A stretch of DNA of 62,887 nucleotides, counting the filler, from Globobulimina sp. (lineage: Eukaryota): assembly GCA_003354225.1 (NCBI GenBank). It is 45 parts of 45 records of this genome, joined end to end, with 100 filler letters (N's around TTAATTAATTAA, not from the genome) between each part and the next. Parts side by side here need not be neighbours in the genome. Positions count along the whole stretch, not along the records: positions 23,808 to 25,107 come from PIVH01019127.1; positions 25,208 to 26,507 come from PIVH01019128.1; positions 26,608 to 27,907 come from PIVH01019129.1; positions 28,008 to 29,307 come from PIVH01019130.1; positions 29,408 to 30,707 come from PIVH01019131.1; positions 30,808 to 32,107 come from PIVH01019132.1; positions 32,208 to 33,507 come from PIVH01019133.1; positions 33,608 to 34,907 come from PIVH01019134.1; 37 more parts are not named here. One strand, 5' to 3'. A model generated the notes under the pieces. That model was given only the letters and a program-made list of their open reading frames with translations, did no database searches and was not told where the DNA came from. Positions 25,001-37,807 of this stretch are shown here, piece by piece. The position numbers were made by a program, and so were the translations under genes. How positions within the stretch are numbered: position 1 is the stretch's first letter; every line of letters begins with the position of its first letter.

Positions 25001-25207
25001 TTAACTTTTTGCTTTTCAGTTTGAAATTACTGTTTTTTACTGTAAACTCTTTGAATTTACAGTTTTTTACAGATTATTCAAAATAAAAACATTGAAAGTC
25101 AAAATTGNNNNNNNNNNNNNNNNNNNNNNNNNNNNNNNNNNNNNNNNNNNNTTAATTAATTAANNNNNNNNNNNNNNNNNNNNNNNNNNNNNNNNNNNNN
25201 NNNNNNN

Positions 25208-25651
25208 AAATTATTTAACGAATGGGTAACGGATATTGTACAAAGACAGAAATTAAAAGCGAGATTTACTAATATTACAAGTGATGGTTTGATTGATTTA
25301 TTTGAGAATAATGGTATTGTTACATTTGAAGCATTGTATCGATATATTGCATCAAAAAATGATTTGGAAAGAATAGTGATTGGCGATGAAGAAACGGAGT
25401 TTAATAAGGTTATATATGGTGTATTATGGAAAGAGATCTCTAAGATTGAGAAAAAACAGACATTACGAATTTCGATCGTCGAACAATCGTACAGTCAAAT
25501 TAATGCATCGATATTAGGAAATGGCAAAGATGACAATGTTTTTGATCAATTTGATGGTATTGCAATCCCTGAACAACAACCAATAAATGATAGCTTGTAT
25601 AGCATAAATAATGAAGGTGTTCAAAATGAAACTGTTTATATTGCTCATTAA
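25208..25651 (+). CDS. Protein C-terminus with a degenerate SAM-like segment
   Basis: FNEWVTDIV...LIDLFENNGIVTFEAL...NDLERI; open from the contig edge. Confidence 0.5.
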   Translation, partial: KLFNEWVTDIVQRQKLKARFTNITSDGLIDLFENNGIVTFEALYRYIASKNDLERIVIGDEETEFNKVIYGVLWKEISKIEKKQTLRISIVEQSYSQINASILGNGKDDNVFDQFDGIAIPEQQPINDSLYSINNEGVQNETVYIAH

Positions 25652-25748
25652 TGAAGAAAAGTTTGTTAATTTTTAGATCTTTTTTTAAGTTTGTATGTTT
25701 AGAAAAGTTTGTTAATTATAAGTTTAATTGTTGATTTTTATACAAAAG

Positions 25749-26296
25749 TTATGATTTTATTGATTCTAAAATCTGAATCACCCGCTCTCCATAGTTTTGA
25801 TAATCTGTTAAATCCAAAAATATTTGGGCACATAATCTGGCACTAACAACACCATCAAAGCCCCTTTCAATTCTTGACCAAATTGGATAACTCTCATCTC
25901 CAAAAAGCAATCCATTACTAATCATCATAACTTCCGATTCATTTTGTGTGAGAAACACAATATTACTCATTCCAGCAATTCTTTCTTCAGTCTCAATTAA
26001 CACCGATGTATTCCACAAATCTGCAATTAACTGCGCTCCATCATAAGCTAAATAATGTACATAATCAATAATAGCATCATCACTATTCTCTGTAACCACT
26101 GTTTTCCTCCAATCCAATGCATAATTCATTGCTAACCATGGCGTGTAATCTTTGGTTCCCGAATAACTAAATCTTGTTTGAAATGCTGTTGGCCCACTTC
26201 CGAGATTCGAGGTCACTGTCGGTTCAATCAAATGTTGCAAACTATTTCGAACATACAATAAGCCGCTTCCTCTCGGGGCATGCATCCATTTATAAC
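25749..26296 (-). CDS. PLP-dependent class V aminotransferase-fold lyase (Egt2/CefD-like), last exon
   Basis: YKWMHAPRGSGLLYV (PLP lysine), FSYSGTKDY and ARLCAQIF. Confidence 0.85.
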
Positions 26297-26607
26297 CTCA
26301 ATATTTATAACATCTCATCAATAATTTGGTGTGTTGGGTGTGTTCTGCCTGCTCTTTTGTGTGGCGTGGGCTCTGTCTGCTCTTTTGTGTGTGTTCTGTC
26401 TGCTCTTTTGTGTGTGTCGTCTAACCTAAACTCTAAAAATAATTTTTTTCTGATTGATTGACTCGAACATATGTGTAATCACTTTATGACGCCAGAACAC
26501 ACCCCACNNNNNNNNNNNNNNNNNNNNNNNNNNNNNNNNNNNNNNNNNNNNTTAATTAATTAANNNNNNNNNNNNNNNNNNNNNNNNNNNNNNNNNNNNN
26601 NNNNNNN

Positions 26608-26795
26608 AGGGTTTTGTACTAAGGAACGCTGGATGTTGGTACCTTGCCGGAGGTGTGGGTAGGGGGGCGGGAACCCCCAATAAAAGAAAGTTTTGTTATT
26701 AAAAAGGGTTTAGTTATAAGGAACGCTGGATGTTGGCTGGGGGTGTGGGGGTGGGAGCCCCCAATTAAAGCAAAGTTTTGTTGTTAAAAAGGGCT
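26608..26795. repeat. Imperfect tandem duplication (about 97-bp period) with GGGGG..CCCCC hairpins
   Basis: AAGGAACGCTGGATGTTGG at 26621 and 26718. Confidence 0.8.
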
Positions 26796-27010
26796 TATCT
26801 TTGGTGGGTTCCCAACATTGTTGGTCAGGGCCGGGTCACTTCGCGGTTTAGGCCACATACAGTATGTAATTGATTTTGTCTGTCTACATGTCTCCTACAT
26901 AAATAAGATTGTATCAACAAAAATTAGTAGTTTTATTTGTCAGTTAATTAGTACATGTATAATAATTAGTAGAGAGAATGTCAATAAATACAATCAATTT
27001 GATATTGGAA

Positions 27011-27907
27011 TCATGGGGGTCTTTGTCCACTTGCGTACAATCTGTATTCATTGATAAATTTAAACATGAGTTCGGTGGTCGGCATGGGGCCTCCCACAAA
27101 ATCACCCCATCCATCAATCATTGCTCTGTATATAAACACGTATTGCGCCTCTGTCTGCACACTATGTAATCGTTGATCTCGTAAATTCTTCACTACCTAA
27201 ACATACACAAAATGCTGTATACAGTATATAGAAAGATTGTCGACTAACCTGTCCGACATCTAATAATTGGTGTGATTTGACTGTTTCGATGCACATATGA
27301 AGTGCAACTAATGTTCCTGTTCGTCCAATACCCGCTGAACAATGTACCACTATGGTTCGATCTTTGTACTCAGAAAATTTGTGTACCAAATGCAACGCTG
27401 CTTTACCACTGTTCGGCGCTCCTTTGTCGGGCCAACTAGACCATTGATAATGTAATATTTCCCGCTCGTCTCCAGTCCTAAAACAGTTATTATTGTACTG
27501 AATTATTTTAATCAAATAGTTACAAACTGTTTTAGTATAAAAAAAATGTACTGTACCGTAAACCTGGTATACATAGCCATGCCGGTCTACTATCTTCTAT
27601 GGAAAAATCATGTACTGTACATACCTTGAGTTTCGTACATTAAGATGATTGGCTGTTATTTTCTCTAGTTGATCTCCGCTCAATGTCACGATGTTCGTTT
27701 GTGTATTCTTAAGGGTAAATCTGCCATACTGCTGTATTTCTCCTTTTCTTCTCGGCCAATACTCGGCACATTTGGGCTTGTTGTTCTCTGTTATTCCGCA
27801 CAACATAACTATGAAAGGACTGTTTTCTTGCCAAACCATTCGCCAAAAGTCAATTATTGTTGTATGGAGCGGCCCTTGACAGCAAATGAATCTTATGCGA
27901 CCAGGAC
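27011..27907 (-). CDS. Classical protein tyrosine phosphatase catalytic domain, multi-exon
   Basis: CQGPL..DFWRMVWQE, KCAEYWP, WPDKGAP, VHCSAGIGRTG and LRDQRLHSVQTEAQYVFIY. Confidence 0.95.
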
Positions 27908-28007
27908 NNNNNNNNNNNNNNNNNNNNNNNNNNNNNNNNNNNNNNNNNNNNTTAATTAATTAANNNNNNNNNNNNNNNNNNNNNNNNNNNNNNNNNNNNN
28001 NNNNNNN

Positions 28008-29307
28008 CTCCAATCTGAATGCCATAAATCTGATTCGTTTCGCGTGCTCTCCATTGTCTCCCTTTCATTTTCTCCGTATTCAAGATCTGTTTGCCGGCAA
28101 ATACGGCTTCGCAGAAACTCAGATCTGATATGGGATAAACTACGTTTTTCGTCAATTCCTGCCGCAAATTTGCATGCAACGGCGCCAAGGCCTCATATTG
28201 GAAAAACACGCCGGTTGCATACACCTCGAATGTCGAATATCGATGTATTGTGTGCTCATCTCTTTTAATTGCAATATTGCCGATTTTATCACTTTTATGC
28301 AACAGCGCACAATGTATTTTATCCAAATACGAAATGAAAACAAAGTCGCGCCAATCATTGCTGTTAAATAGTTCCTGTTTCTCTCGCAATGACAACGACT
28401 CTTTGTCAAAATCGCGATGTGCTCGCTTTAAATGGATGCATTTCTCGCCATTCTCGCATTTTGTATATGGCTGTTTCATTCGTGTTTGTTTGTCGTGTTT
28501 CAAAATATGATCAAAATCGTCCAATAATTGCGTTCGGTTTGCGTTGGATTCGTTTAATGTGCATAGAAACTGCCGAATGAGATAAGGATATCTCTGGTTT
28601 GTCTCTGCTAACTCTTCCGTTAAACGATGGAAATGATTCAGAATTATGCCAATCCGTTTCATTGCATTACAGTTAATGTTGATTTTCAAAATGGCTGTAT
28701 GCAATTTGAGCAATTTCGCGTTGAACCGTTTGCTTAATAATTTTTTGCTGAGTTCTGCCAGAAATGTTTTCCTTTTCATGCTTAGAAATTTGGAGCCATC
28801 GATCTGTTGCTGTTCAAAATAATATTTGATTCCGTTTTTCCTCAGATTTAATTTTGAATCATTTAATTGTTCCATATATTTCGTCACAAATAAGATCATA
28901 TTGTTTACATCCCAACATTCGACATAATCTTGAAAATAATTTTCATTTTCGTTTATTGAGCACTTTGATTCATTCGCTTTGTGGCCATTCAATAATTGCC
29001 AATCCTTCAATAATTTGTCAGGTAATTTCAAATCGGTTTCCTTGGACTCGTCCACCGTATTTATCCTCTGCTGTTTGCTTGGATTTATCGCGTAATTATT
29101 CTCCGCATCTCTCGCTGTACCACACATACCGCAAATATTCAACTGGTTATATAACCGCCAAAGGCTGTTTACCATAATTTTTCTGTTTATAAACCAACAT
29201 TCACTGCACTTCCATGGCTTTGTTCGTTCAATGTCGGTGAATAATTTCTCAATCAATTTATCAGAGAATATTTCTACCATTTCAGCATCGAATAATTTAA
29301 ATTGCAG
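28008..29307 (-). CDS. Multidomain orphan-family protein: RanBP2-like Zn finger, SAM-like segment and Cys/His motif
   Basis: WKCSECWFIN...CGMCGTAR; WDVNNM...QQIDGSKFL; CNAMKRIGIIL / LLDDFDHI / CENGEKCIHLKRAHR / LDKIHCALLH. Confidence 0.75.
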
Positions 29308-30987
29308 NNNNNNNNNNNNNNNNNNNNNNNNNNNNNNNNNNNNNNNNNNNNTTAATTAATTAANNNNNNNNNNNNNNNNNNNNNNNNNNNNNNNNNNNNN
29401 NNNNNNNAACGACAATTGAATGCAATGTTGATTGAACAAGGTGAGGAAGTTAAACGATACACGGAACAGAAAGTAGGAAATCGTGGAGTGTACCAAAGTT
29501 ATCTGGTTGAATGGTACCGATTCCGGTGTATCAGTTGGGCTAAAAAGAAAAAGGTACAATGAGTGAATGTTGATAATTAGAAATTGTTGTTTTTGTATTA
29601 TACTCATTATAGTTTTGTTGTTAGAATTATGTAGTTATTCATATGCTCGTAAAGCTTGCAAGTTTATTTTAGTCTCACTTGCATTATTGTATTGAGCCTT
29701 TTTCAACCCCATTAATATGGGAGGGGAGGGAACTGTAATTGAAATTTCAGTTTTTGTTATAACTTTTGTTATATTAATCATAATGTACAGTATTGTTTTT
29801 CAAAATTCTTGCATGTCCGTTTTTGCATGTCCTCTTACTAACACTTGCATGTTATAAGCTCTTTGAGAAGTGGTTAGCTTAGAGGTAAGTGGATCAATGG
29901 CACACAAATGACGTAAGATGATTTGGATCAACATCTCCGAAGAGAATCGACGGTAAAATGTATCAATTAAGCTACCAACTTATAACTCTATGCTTGTAAT
30001 ACCTCCTTTCGCTTTTATTTAAATAATAGTTTTTATAAAATGGTAATGGTAACATACTATGGAGGTCAAGTTTATTTTCTTTTGTATCATGAATCAGTCA
30101 CAATTGTATCTACTTTCAGAATGATGAGCAATTCAACCTTCCAGAAGTATGGCAACATCTCAGATCATCATGAAGATGGGCAGGGAGGCATATGATATCA
30201 AATGCTTTAATATCATCCCCAGCGTCAGCAAATTGATCAGCAGCGTTTCGACATCATCAAGGTCCGTCATTTTGTGAGTCCTTCAAGTCCACCAAAAGTC
30301 TTTATAAGATGAGCAGGACATGTGCCGGCGTATGCCAAAATACAACGAACTTTTGGTACTGTATCGATCAAAGGACGAACAAAATAGATGTTAATTTATG
30401 CGACGCATGACTCATATTGCGAACAATTGCCATTTTCTTATTGAATAATATAATTTGCATATTATTGTCCATTATTCTGCTAGTAGACAGCAAACTGTAA
30501 ACTATACGATTGCATTTTGATACATTCATTCAGTCTTGTTCGATTTTGGTCGTGTGATTCGCTCCTCAGAGCTCATTATTATATCATAAAGCTATTGTTA
30601 TTCAAGTTGCCATTAAGGTACACCTTTTATTATTATGCATCGTAGTTTAGCTTTTCTCTGAGTGAGCTTTGCATCGACATTATTGTTCTCGAGTTCGTAG
30701 GCACTTTNNNNNNNNNNNNNNNNNNNNNNNNNNNNNNNNNNNNNNNNNNNNTTAATTAATTAANNNNNNNNNNNNNNNNNNNNNNNNNNNNNNNNNNNNN
30801 NNNNNNNAACTCCAACCTTTACGGACACTTTCTAGGAACTCACGATTCTGTGTGATTTCGACTAGAGAGGAGTACATTGGTTCAATGCTTGTAGACTGTG
30901 GATATAAATACGAAAGTTTTTCAACTGGCCGGACTAAAAGGTTTTATTTGAGTATATATAAGTTTTTTACAAGTCTGACATAAAAGA

Positions 30988-32107
30988 ATGGCGTATCCTG
31001 CTCCTATGCCTGCGATTAATGTTAATATTCCCAACATTGCTTCTGTGACACAGCTACCAATCATTAAACCAAAAAATCGCTATTTCATTCACACTGTATA
31101 CAAAAAGAACTCTAAATATGTGATCGAATCGCATTTAAAACAAAAGTATGATTTATCGCCGATATCAAATGCATTTTTACCACACAAAAAATGCATATAT
31201 TTTTGGATTCATTTCGGCAAAAATGATGCGTTGAGTTTATCGATAAACAGTAATCAAATGCCATGCATTGCATACATCCCAACACAGGGCATATTGTGCG
31301 AAAAAACAAGATTTGCGTTGACTTTGTTTAAATACTATGGCCGCAATGCATGGCAATTCACGCCACAAACTTTCTATGTCTGCTACAATCGAAACAAAAA
31401 AAGCTGGAATTTATCTGAAAATTATCTAAAAAACATATTCAACCAAAAAAGAGTATGGATCACCAAAACCAGCACAGGCTTTGCGGGGAGAAATATTTAT
31501 TTGTTCAGTGGCACTTCATTGCAATCATTGAAACATTTTTTGGAAGAAAATTATTCAAAAATAATGGAAAAACGCATAAATAATAAAAAGAAGTTGAGAC
31601 ATTTGGAAAAGTCTCAAATGTTTTGGAATTCGGTCATTATCCAATGTTATATAAACGAACCGTTACTGTTTGATGGATTTTATAAATTTGACATTCGAAT
31701 CTGGGCTTTATTGGCCACTACAAATCCCTCCATTTTATTCTATAAATTTAAAAAACTAAGAATTTGTGCGTTGAAATATAATGAAACAGACACAAACATA
31801 ACAGACAAACGAGAGTTATCCAAACATATCAGCAATTCGACGGTTCGCGAGCAAATAAAGGATTCGATGCCTCCACAGCGATGATAGATGGCAGACCAAC
31901 ATTGTGTGACTACAATGGATTTATACGATTTATGTATGAGATGGCTGTGGTAAAGAAACAATTTAATATGGAATGGTTTGAAACGAAGAGATATAAACAA
32001 TTATTTATGAAAAATACATTGAGATTGGATGATATGGAATGCATTCTTGACCTGAAGTTTTCAAATGTATTATCTGCAGTGTATGACGCAGCGAAGCAGT
32101 CCTTTGA
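30988..32107 (+). pseudogene. Tubulin-tyrosine ligase-like (TTL/TTLL) ATP-grasp protein, frameshift near 31845-31880
   Basis: FTPQTF, WITK..GFAGRNIYL, IIQCYINEPLL, KFDIRIWAL and HISNSTV. Confidence 0.85.
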
Positions 32108-32207
32108 NNNNNNNNNNNNNNNNNNNNNNNNNNNNNNNNNNNNNNNNNNNNTTAATTAATTAANNNNNNNNNNNNNNNNNNNNNNNNNNNNNNNNNNNNN
32201 NNNNNNN

Positions 32208-32502
32208 AAAGCAAGCGCGAAGAAACGAGACTAGTCTGACTGTGGAGAGATATCAGTTTTGTATTGCACTGTTTAAAGAAGTAATGTTTTATAGTAAATC
32301 AGTGGATAACTTTTATAATAATAGATATATGATCGATGCACAATATCTCAAATCAATGGTTAAATCCATAGCAAAAATCGTGCCAATTGATCCGGACATA
32401 TCAGTTTTGATAAGTAGTGTGTTTCATGGCACATACCCTGAATTAGAAAGAGAGTTTTATGTTAATGAAGATGATGATGATTTTTTTATAGACTTTTTGT
32501 GA
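32208..32502 (+). CDS. Protein C-terminal fragment
   Basis: Open frame with an acidic tail. Confidence 0.4.
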
Positions 32503-32722
32503 GTGTTAATTAAATATTTATGTTTTTAGATATTGAGTTGTATTACTTCACTTGTTTACATTTCGCAGGTTTCTACAAACCCAAAAATGCAATCAAGGGG
32601 TTAGGGGTTGTTCTCAGTAACATGACACGTTTCCTTTGTTAGTTCAAGTATCATGGGAGTTAGTTCAAGTATGCTACAAATACATAGATCGATAATATAC
32701 GTCAGCGGTAATTTAAATATAT

Positions 32723-33442
32723 ATGACACTAGGTATTGGAGCCTCTGATGATGAATACATTGGCATCCACGAATATTTTGTTATGCAATACGTAACAAAA
32801 AACTATTCGAATATAATTGAAGATTCCTTTTTAATTCATCACTATCCATATTCTTTGAATAAACTTATTCTGAAATTTTTAGGAAATATATTTTTTATAT
32901 TTGATACTGTCACAAATGGATGCAACGATATAATCCAACATAATGGTATGATGTGCACTGTATTGAAAAGGAAATATCCGACATGGATTAATGTTGCATA
33001 TTCAGTGAGACTTGAATGTTCAAATATATTTGAGATTAAATTACTTAAAATACAAAATAAAATGACATTTGGTATAACATCAAACATCGAGAACTGTAAA
33101 ACGAGTTTGTTTCCCTACGAATTTAATAATGCAATTACATATTATGCGATGAGCGGTGATCCAGCTTTTGGAACAAGTGGAAGTGCGTGGATTGGGAGAA
33201 AAAATGTAAATAATCTAAATAATGGGTTGCGAGTTTTTGGTTTTTCAGTATGGAAAAAGGGAGATATTATTAAATTACAAGTTGTTTCCAATAATACACG
33301 TTGGAAATTAATGTACTTTAAAAATGGTGGAAATATTGGACAATTTAATTATATTGAACCAAACATAAAGTATTATATTTTTGTGACGCTACTTTCTAAT
33401 ACCAAAATTATGGTTTATTATCAATGTTTGCAACAGAAATGA
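32723..33442 (+). CDS. SPRY/B30.2-like beta-sandwich protein
   Basis: FEIKLL, TFGITS, WKKGDIIKLQV, LMYFKNG and YYIFVTL. Confidence 0.65.
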   Translation: MTLGIGASDDEYIGIHEYFVMQYVTKNYSNIIEDSFLIHHYPYSLNKLILKFLGNIFFIFDTVTNGCNDIIQHNGMMCTVLKRKYPTWINVAYSVRLECSNIFEIKLLKIQNKMTFGITSNIENCKTSLFPYEFNNAITYYAMSGDPAFGTSGSAWIGRKNVNNLNNGLRVFGFSVWKKGDIIKLQVVSNNTRWKLMYFKNGGNIGQFNYIEPNIKYYIFVTLLSNTKIMVYYQCLQQK

Positions 33443-33607
33443 ATCAACTACTTTAGAATAGGACCTGTTTGAAACACTTTTCTTTTGAAATTGTATACAT
33501 TATCCTTNNNNNNNNNNNNNNNNNNNNNNNNNNNNNNNNNNNNNNNNNNNNTTAATTAATTAANNNNNNNNNNNNNNNNNNNNNNNNNNNNNNNNNNNNN
33601 NNNNNNN

Positions 33608-34907
33608 CCTTTTGTATCATTTGAAGCATTACAATTATACGCACATGACATTGTATCTTGAAACGTAATTTGATCCGTATTGCAATCACAATACCCATAC
33701 AAACATGATTTACCATCATAATAATCATAGTTTGAATATTGCCCATCACCACAATTCATCGACCATTTACCAATACATTCATCGATGGAGCTACATACTT
33801 TGCATCCATCCACCAATATATTCATATCGCGCAAGCCTTGAATTGAATAAATATTTAAATCATAACAGCCATAACCTTGACAAAGAAAATTCGCTTTTGG
33901 CTCTTCATATTGTCCATGTGTAGGAATATAAAAATATGCATAGACACACGCGCCTTGTTCAAACCAATCATAATAATCATAATAATCGTAATAATAATCA
34001 TATTGTAAACTATCTTCTGTTTTATCATAGTCATAGGCACTCCAACATTTTACATCCACTTGATTTGCCTCAGTCGCATACAAATATCCATAATACATTG
34101 AATCCTGTCCAATGGCGGTTAAATTAATATGATCTGCATAATCTCCATAAAATAATGAATAATAACAACTGCTATTACCTTGACAATATATATTAAAATA
34201 GGTAGAATAATTCGCATCAATCACAATCTGATCGCACGCGAAATTACTTGTATAGTCCCAATCGTAATAATCCGGCCAATCATAATCATAATCTGGATAA
34301 TAATAATCGTAATAATCCCAAAAATAACTCGAATTTGTATTTACTTGCGTCCTACACACATTTTTTATATATATTAATAAAGTGCGAGGATAAAAATAAA
34401 AAAATACCTGCGTCTCCTCCCAGATTTCAATCTTCTCCGTCTGCCTCTGCCGCCATCATCAGGCATACCATAATAATCGTTATAGTCATAATAATCCCAA
34501 TAATAATTCCGATAATCATACGTCTGCTCCGACGAAGTACACACAATGTTCACAGTTTCCGTATACGTCGCTTCCACAGCCAACCCATAACACGCATCTG
34601 TATTATCGCACAATACATCAATCTGCTTTAAGTGCGGCGCCACCACCTTTGTAAATTCGCAACTGCCATAATCACTGCAATTCAACCACACTGTATTCAC
34701 ACCGCCGTTGCCAGGCGAATATATCTTCAGATTCGTACAACCGTGATCCTGCACGCAGTTGCCTACACATTCCGTATCACCCTGCAATGGGCAAAAAATC
34801 TTAGCATTTTCGCATAAACCCAACTCCGCAGACTCTGCATAAACAGCACTTTGCGTGTCGCCACAATTCACAATGATCGAGGAAGTGAGATCCGTGGCAT
34901 TGATTAT
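33608..34907 (-). CDS. Cys-repeat, probably extracellular protein with Tyr/Asp/Trp-rich inserts; intron 34352-34407
   Basis: Periodic C-x4-5-C units; YYWDYYDY-type blocks; a 56-nt GT-AG intron restores the frame. Confidence 0.8.
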
Positions 34908-35035
34908 NNNNNNNNNNNNNNNNNNNNNNNNNNNNNNNNNNNNNNNNNNNNTTAATTAATTAANNNNNNNNNNNNNNNNNNNNNNNNNNNNNNNNNNNNN
35001 NNNNNNNATTTTGCTATGATGACTATGATTTAAAT

Positions 35036-35236
35036 ATATACGTATTTTTCACGCTGAATCCATTGCTGATAACCATTTTCAGAAATTTTAAAAACTCACC
35101 GCGATTTCTGTGTTTTAATATTAATTATTTGGTGCCGTTGACGGAAATATACATAAAATAGGTGACAGACACTTCAATTTTGAAAATTTCAAAAAATGGT
35201 TTAAAGCAATGGATTCAGGGTGTCAAATACGTATAT
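35036..35236. repeat. Imperfect inverted repeat (arms about 45-60 bp), probably DNA-transposon derived
   Basis: ATATACGTATTTTTCACGCTGAATCCATTGCT matches the reverse complement of AGCAATGGATTCAGGGTGTCAAATACGTATAT. Confidence 0.85.
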
Positions 35237-36504
35237 GTGCCATATTTAGTTTATAATGTCAAAATATAAAATTATACTTCGTATTGGAAAGAGTACCAAA
35301 TGGGGTGCCAGTAGATTGACATCTATAAAGCATTGTAGGTTTGACATTTGTCCATTACAATTGCTAAATTTACTGGTACAAATTTTGAGTAAATTATTGC
35401 ATTTAGGGTACATTTTTGTGCTTTACACGATGGGACTACTCGTTTTTCTAAAATGTCTCAATTTACCCTTAAAATCTGTCAGAAATGGTCTAAAACGTTG
35501 AAAATAAACGGAATTTGATTGAAACATCACATTTTTGACAGTTAGCTAAATCAGGTAATGATTTAGAGTGAAAACGTTTCTAGAATGACACTAAAGTAGT
35601 AGGACATTGTCATTTGTGCAAGGCTAAATACTCGAAACTGTTAAAATTTCATGCCTTTTGACTTTTAAATAATGAAAAATCCTTCATATAATGAAATTTT
35701 TAGCTAAAAAGATACTTTCCTTGTTGAAAGATAAAGAGTATTTGAGCAATTTAAACACCTTCTAATGTATGTACATTGTATTGGAGTATAGATATCAGTT
35801 TAGGTTGTTCAAAAGGACCATTTTGTATGTATGTATGTAACTGTATTTTGTAAAAAGCGTTTTCTATTTATTTGGACATCATGACGACATACATACATAA
35901 AGAACACAGAGGCATTAATAGACGGGCCGGTTGGCTGATGAGCTGATACAAAAATAAACTCTATTATTAGACTGACTGCTCCTTTATCGCCGACAACAAT
36001 AGACCAGCGTCAAACCGAAATCGTTTTTAATGTTACCTGCCTCAATTGGGCATAATGACCAGCTGGGCGTGTGCCACAGCGTAAACGCTCGTGAAAAACA
36101 GACGCGGCCGAACATGGCTCCACTACCTGCCGGCCGTAAATTTATTAGCTCGGCAGCCGCTGGCGCGCCACTATTTAATGCACGGCTTTGTAACCGCGAG
36201 CATATTCTCAAAAACGCAACTCACACGAGCTGTGCAAAGAACATTTATGCTTTGAGCGACTCAGTTATTCTAGTTATTTGGTGTATTTTCTTGCCCAGAA
36301 TTTTCTGNNNNNNNNNNNNNNNNNNNNNNNNNNNNNNNNNNNNNNNNNNNNTTAATTAATTAANNNNNNNNNNNNNNNNNNNNNNNNNNNNNNNNNNNNN
36401 NNNNNNNTTATAAATATTCTTCAGTATCTTCATAAATTTACTAAATAATATTGGCCAATTTCCATAATTATTAACATTTGTATTATAATTTATAACCACT
36501 ATTA

Positions 36505-37430
36505 TTATTTATTCTTAAAGTTTTGAAGAAATCTGCTTTTTTTTGACCGGTCGAACTTGCACAGCCCTTTGCTTTTGGTCCTCTGTAGTTGATAATCCCA
36601 TGGTATACTAACATTCCTTGCAAGCTTTTCAACTTTTTCCATTCCAGCAATATCACCATCTTCTGCAAAAACATTGAGATAAGAATTCAATACAAAGCTC
36701 TCGGGCATTTTATGTGTGGTTGATGCCCTTTCAATTGGCAGAATGTAATCGATGTAATATTCGAAGTGTTGCTCAGCGACCCATTTGTTTGTGTGTTGCC
36801 GATCAAACGATAAATGACTCGGATTCCTTGCACACATACATAATAATTCATTGATTGTATACCCATCCGGCGGAATACCTAAGCTTTGCATATCTAGCAA
36901 ATACACTGCGACTAAACCACCACGGATTTCTGGCATCGATTTGCGGATTGCTTTGAGCAAACAATTGAAAGTGCAGCCATTAAAATGGATTCCTGCATCA
37001 CCTGCTTTGAGATAAAATGCGTGAAACAGTTTCAACGAAATTCCATCCATTCGGTCTTCTTCCATAATCATCAATGCTTTCAAGAATTTGTTAAATAAGT
37101 CGTGATTAAGCATTTGGTGTTTTGCTTGTGTTGCCAAACAAAAATCCATTCCATCTGTCAAAGGAGACCAATAATGTTCCCTTAACTGTTGAGGAGAGGT
37201 ACGATGTTGTCTTGGTATTCTGGGTGAAGATTGCCCGAATATCTCCGTACAAATAATGTCTAATTTCCACGTACAACATTCTCTCTGTCACAAATCAAAA
37301 GAGATAATGTAAACAAACAATTAATAAAACATACCGGTACTATGTATCTTGATTGATTGACTGATGTGACTGGAGACGCGTTGATAAAGATTACTATGCG
37401 CAATAATGACCACATAACGTTACCTATCAT
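36505..37430 (-). CDS. Short PPR protein with hydrophobic leader; intron 37285-37334
   Basis: TFNCLLKAI, MQSLGIPPDGYTINELL and VLNSYLNVFAEDGD; a 50-nt GTATGT..CAG intron joins exon 1 in frame. Confidence 0.75.
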
Positions 37431-37493
37431 GATCAGCCGCGTTAGATAAAAAAATCTAAAAAAACTCGATCTTGCTCGTATGAGTTAGTCATA

Positions 37494-37707
37494 ATGTCCA
37501 ATTCTGACGTCTGGCTAGTGATTAAAGATATTTCTGTATTTATTCTTTGCAGTTGTATCTATGCACCAATTTCAGTGTACAATGGATACCAATATTTCAA
37601 AAACAGACACAAAATAATTATATCCAAAAGATATGGAAACGTCACATTATATGAAGTATTTTTTGCTGTTTGCAAGTTAATGTGGGTTGGCATATTTTCT
37701 CTATGGC
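37494..37707 (+). CDS. Membrane protein N-terminus (7TM-RGS-like start)
   Basis: TM helix followed by YFKNRHKIIISKRY. Confidence 0.5.
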
Positions 37708-37807
37708 NNNNNNNNNNNNNNNNNNNNNNNNNNNNNNNNNNNNNNNNNNNNTTAATTAATTAANNNNNNNNNNNNNNNNNNNNNNNNNNNNNNNNNNNNN
37801 NNNNNNN

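Noticed and set aside
29408..30707. Degenerate piggyBac-like transposon
   Set aside because: Only vague hints (G-run near 29720, a short acidic minus-strand frame); no transposase motif or paired TIR.
35984..36307. ORFs in the GC-richer end of the 35008-36307 contig
   Set aside because: No protein motif; the contig looks like non-coding transposon-derived sequence.
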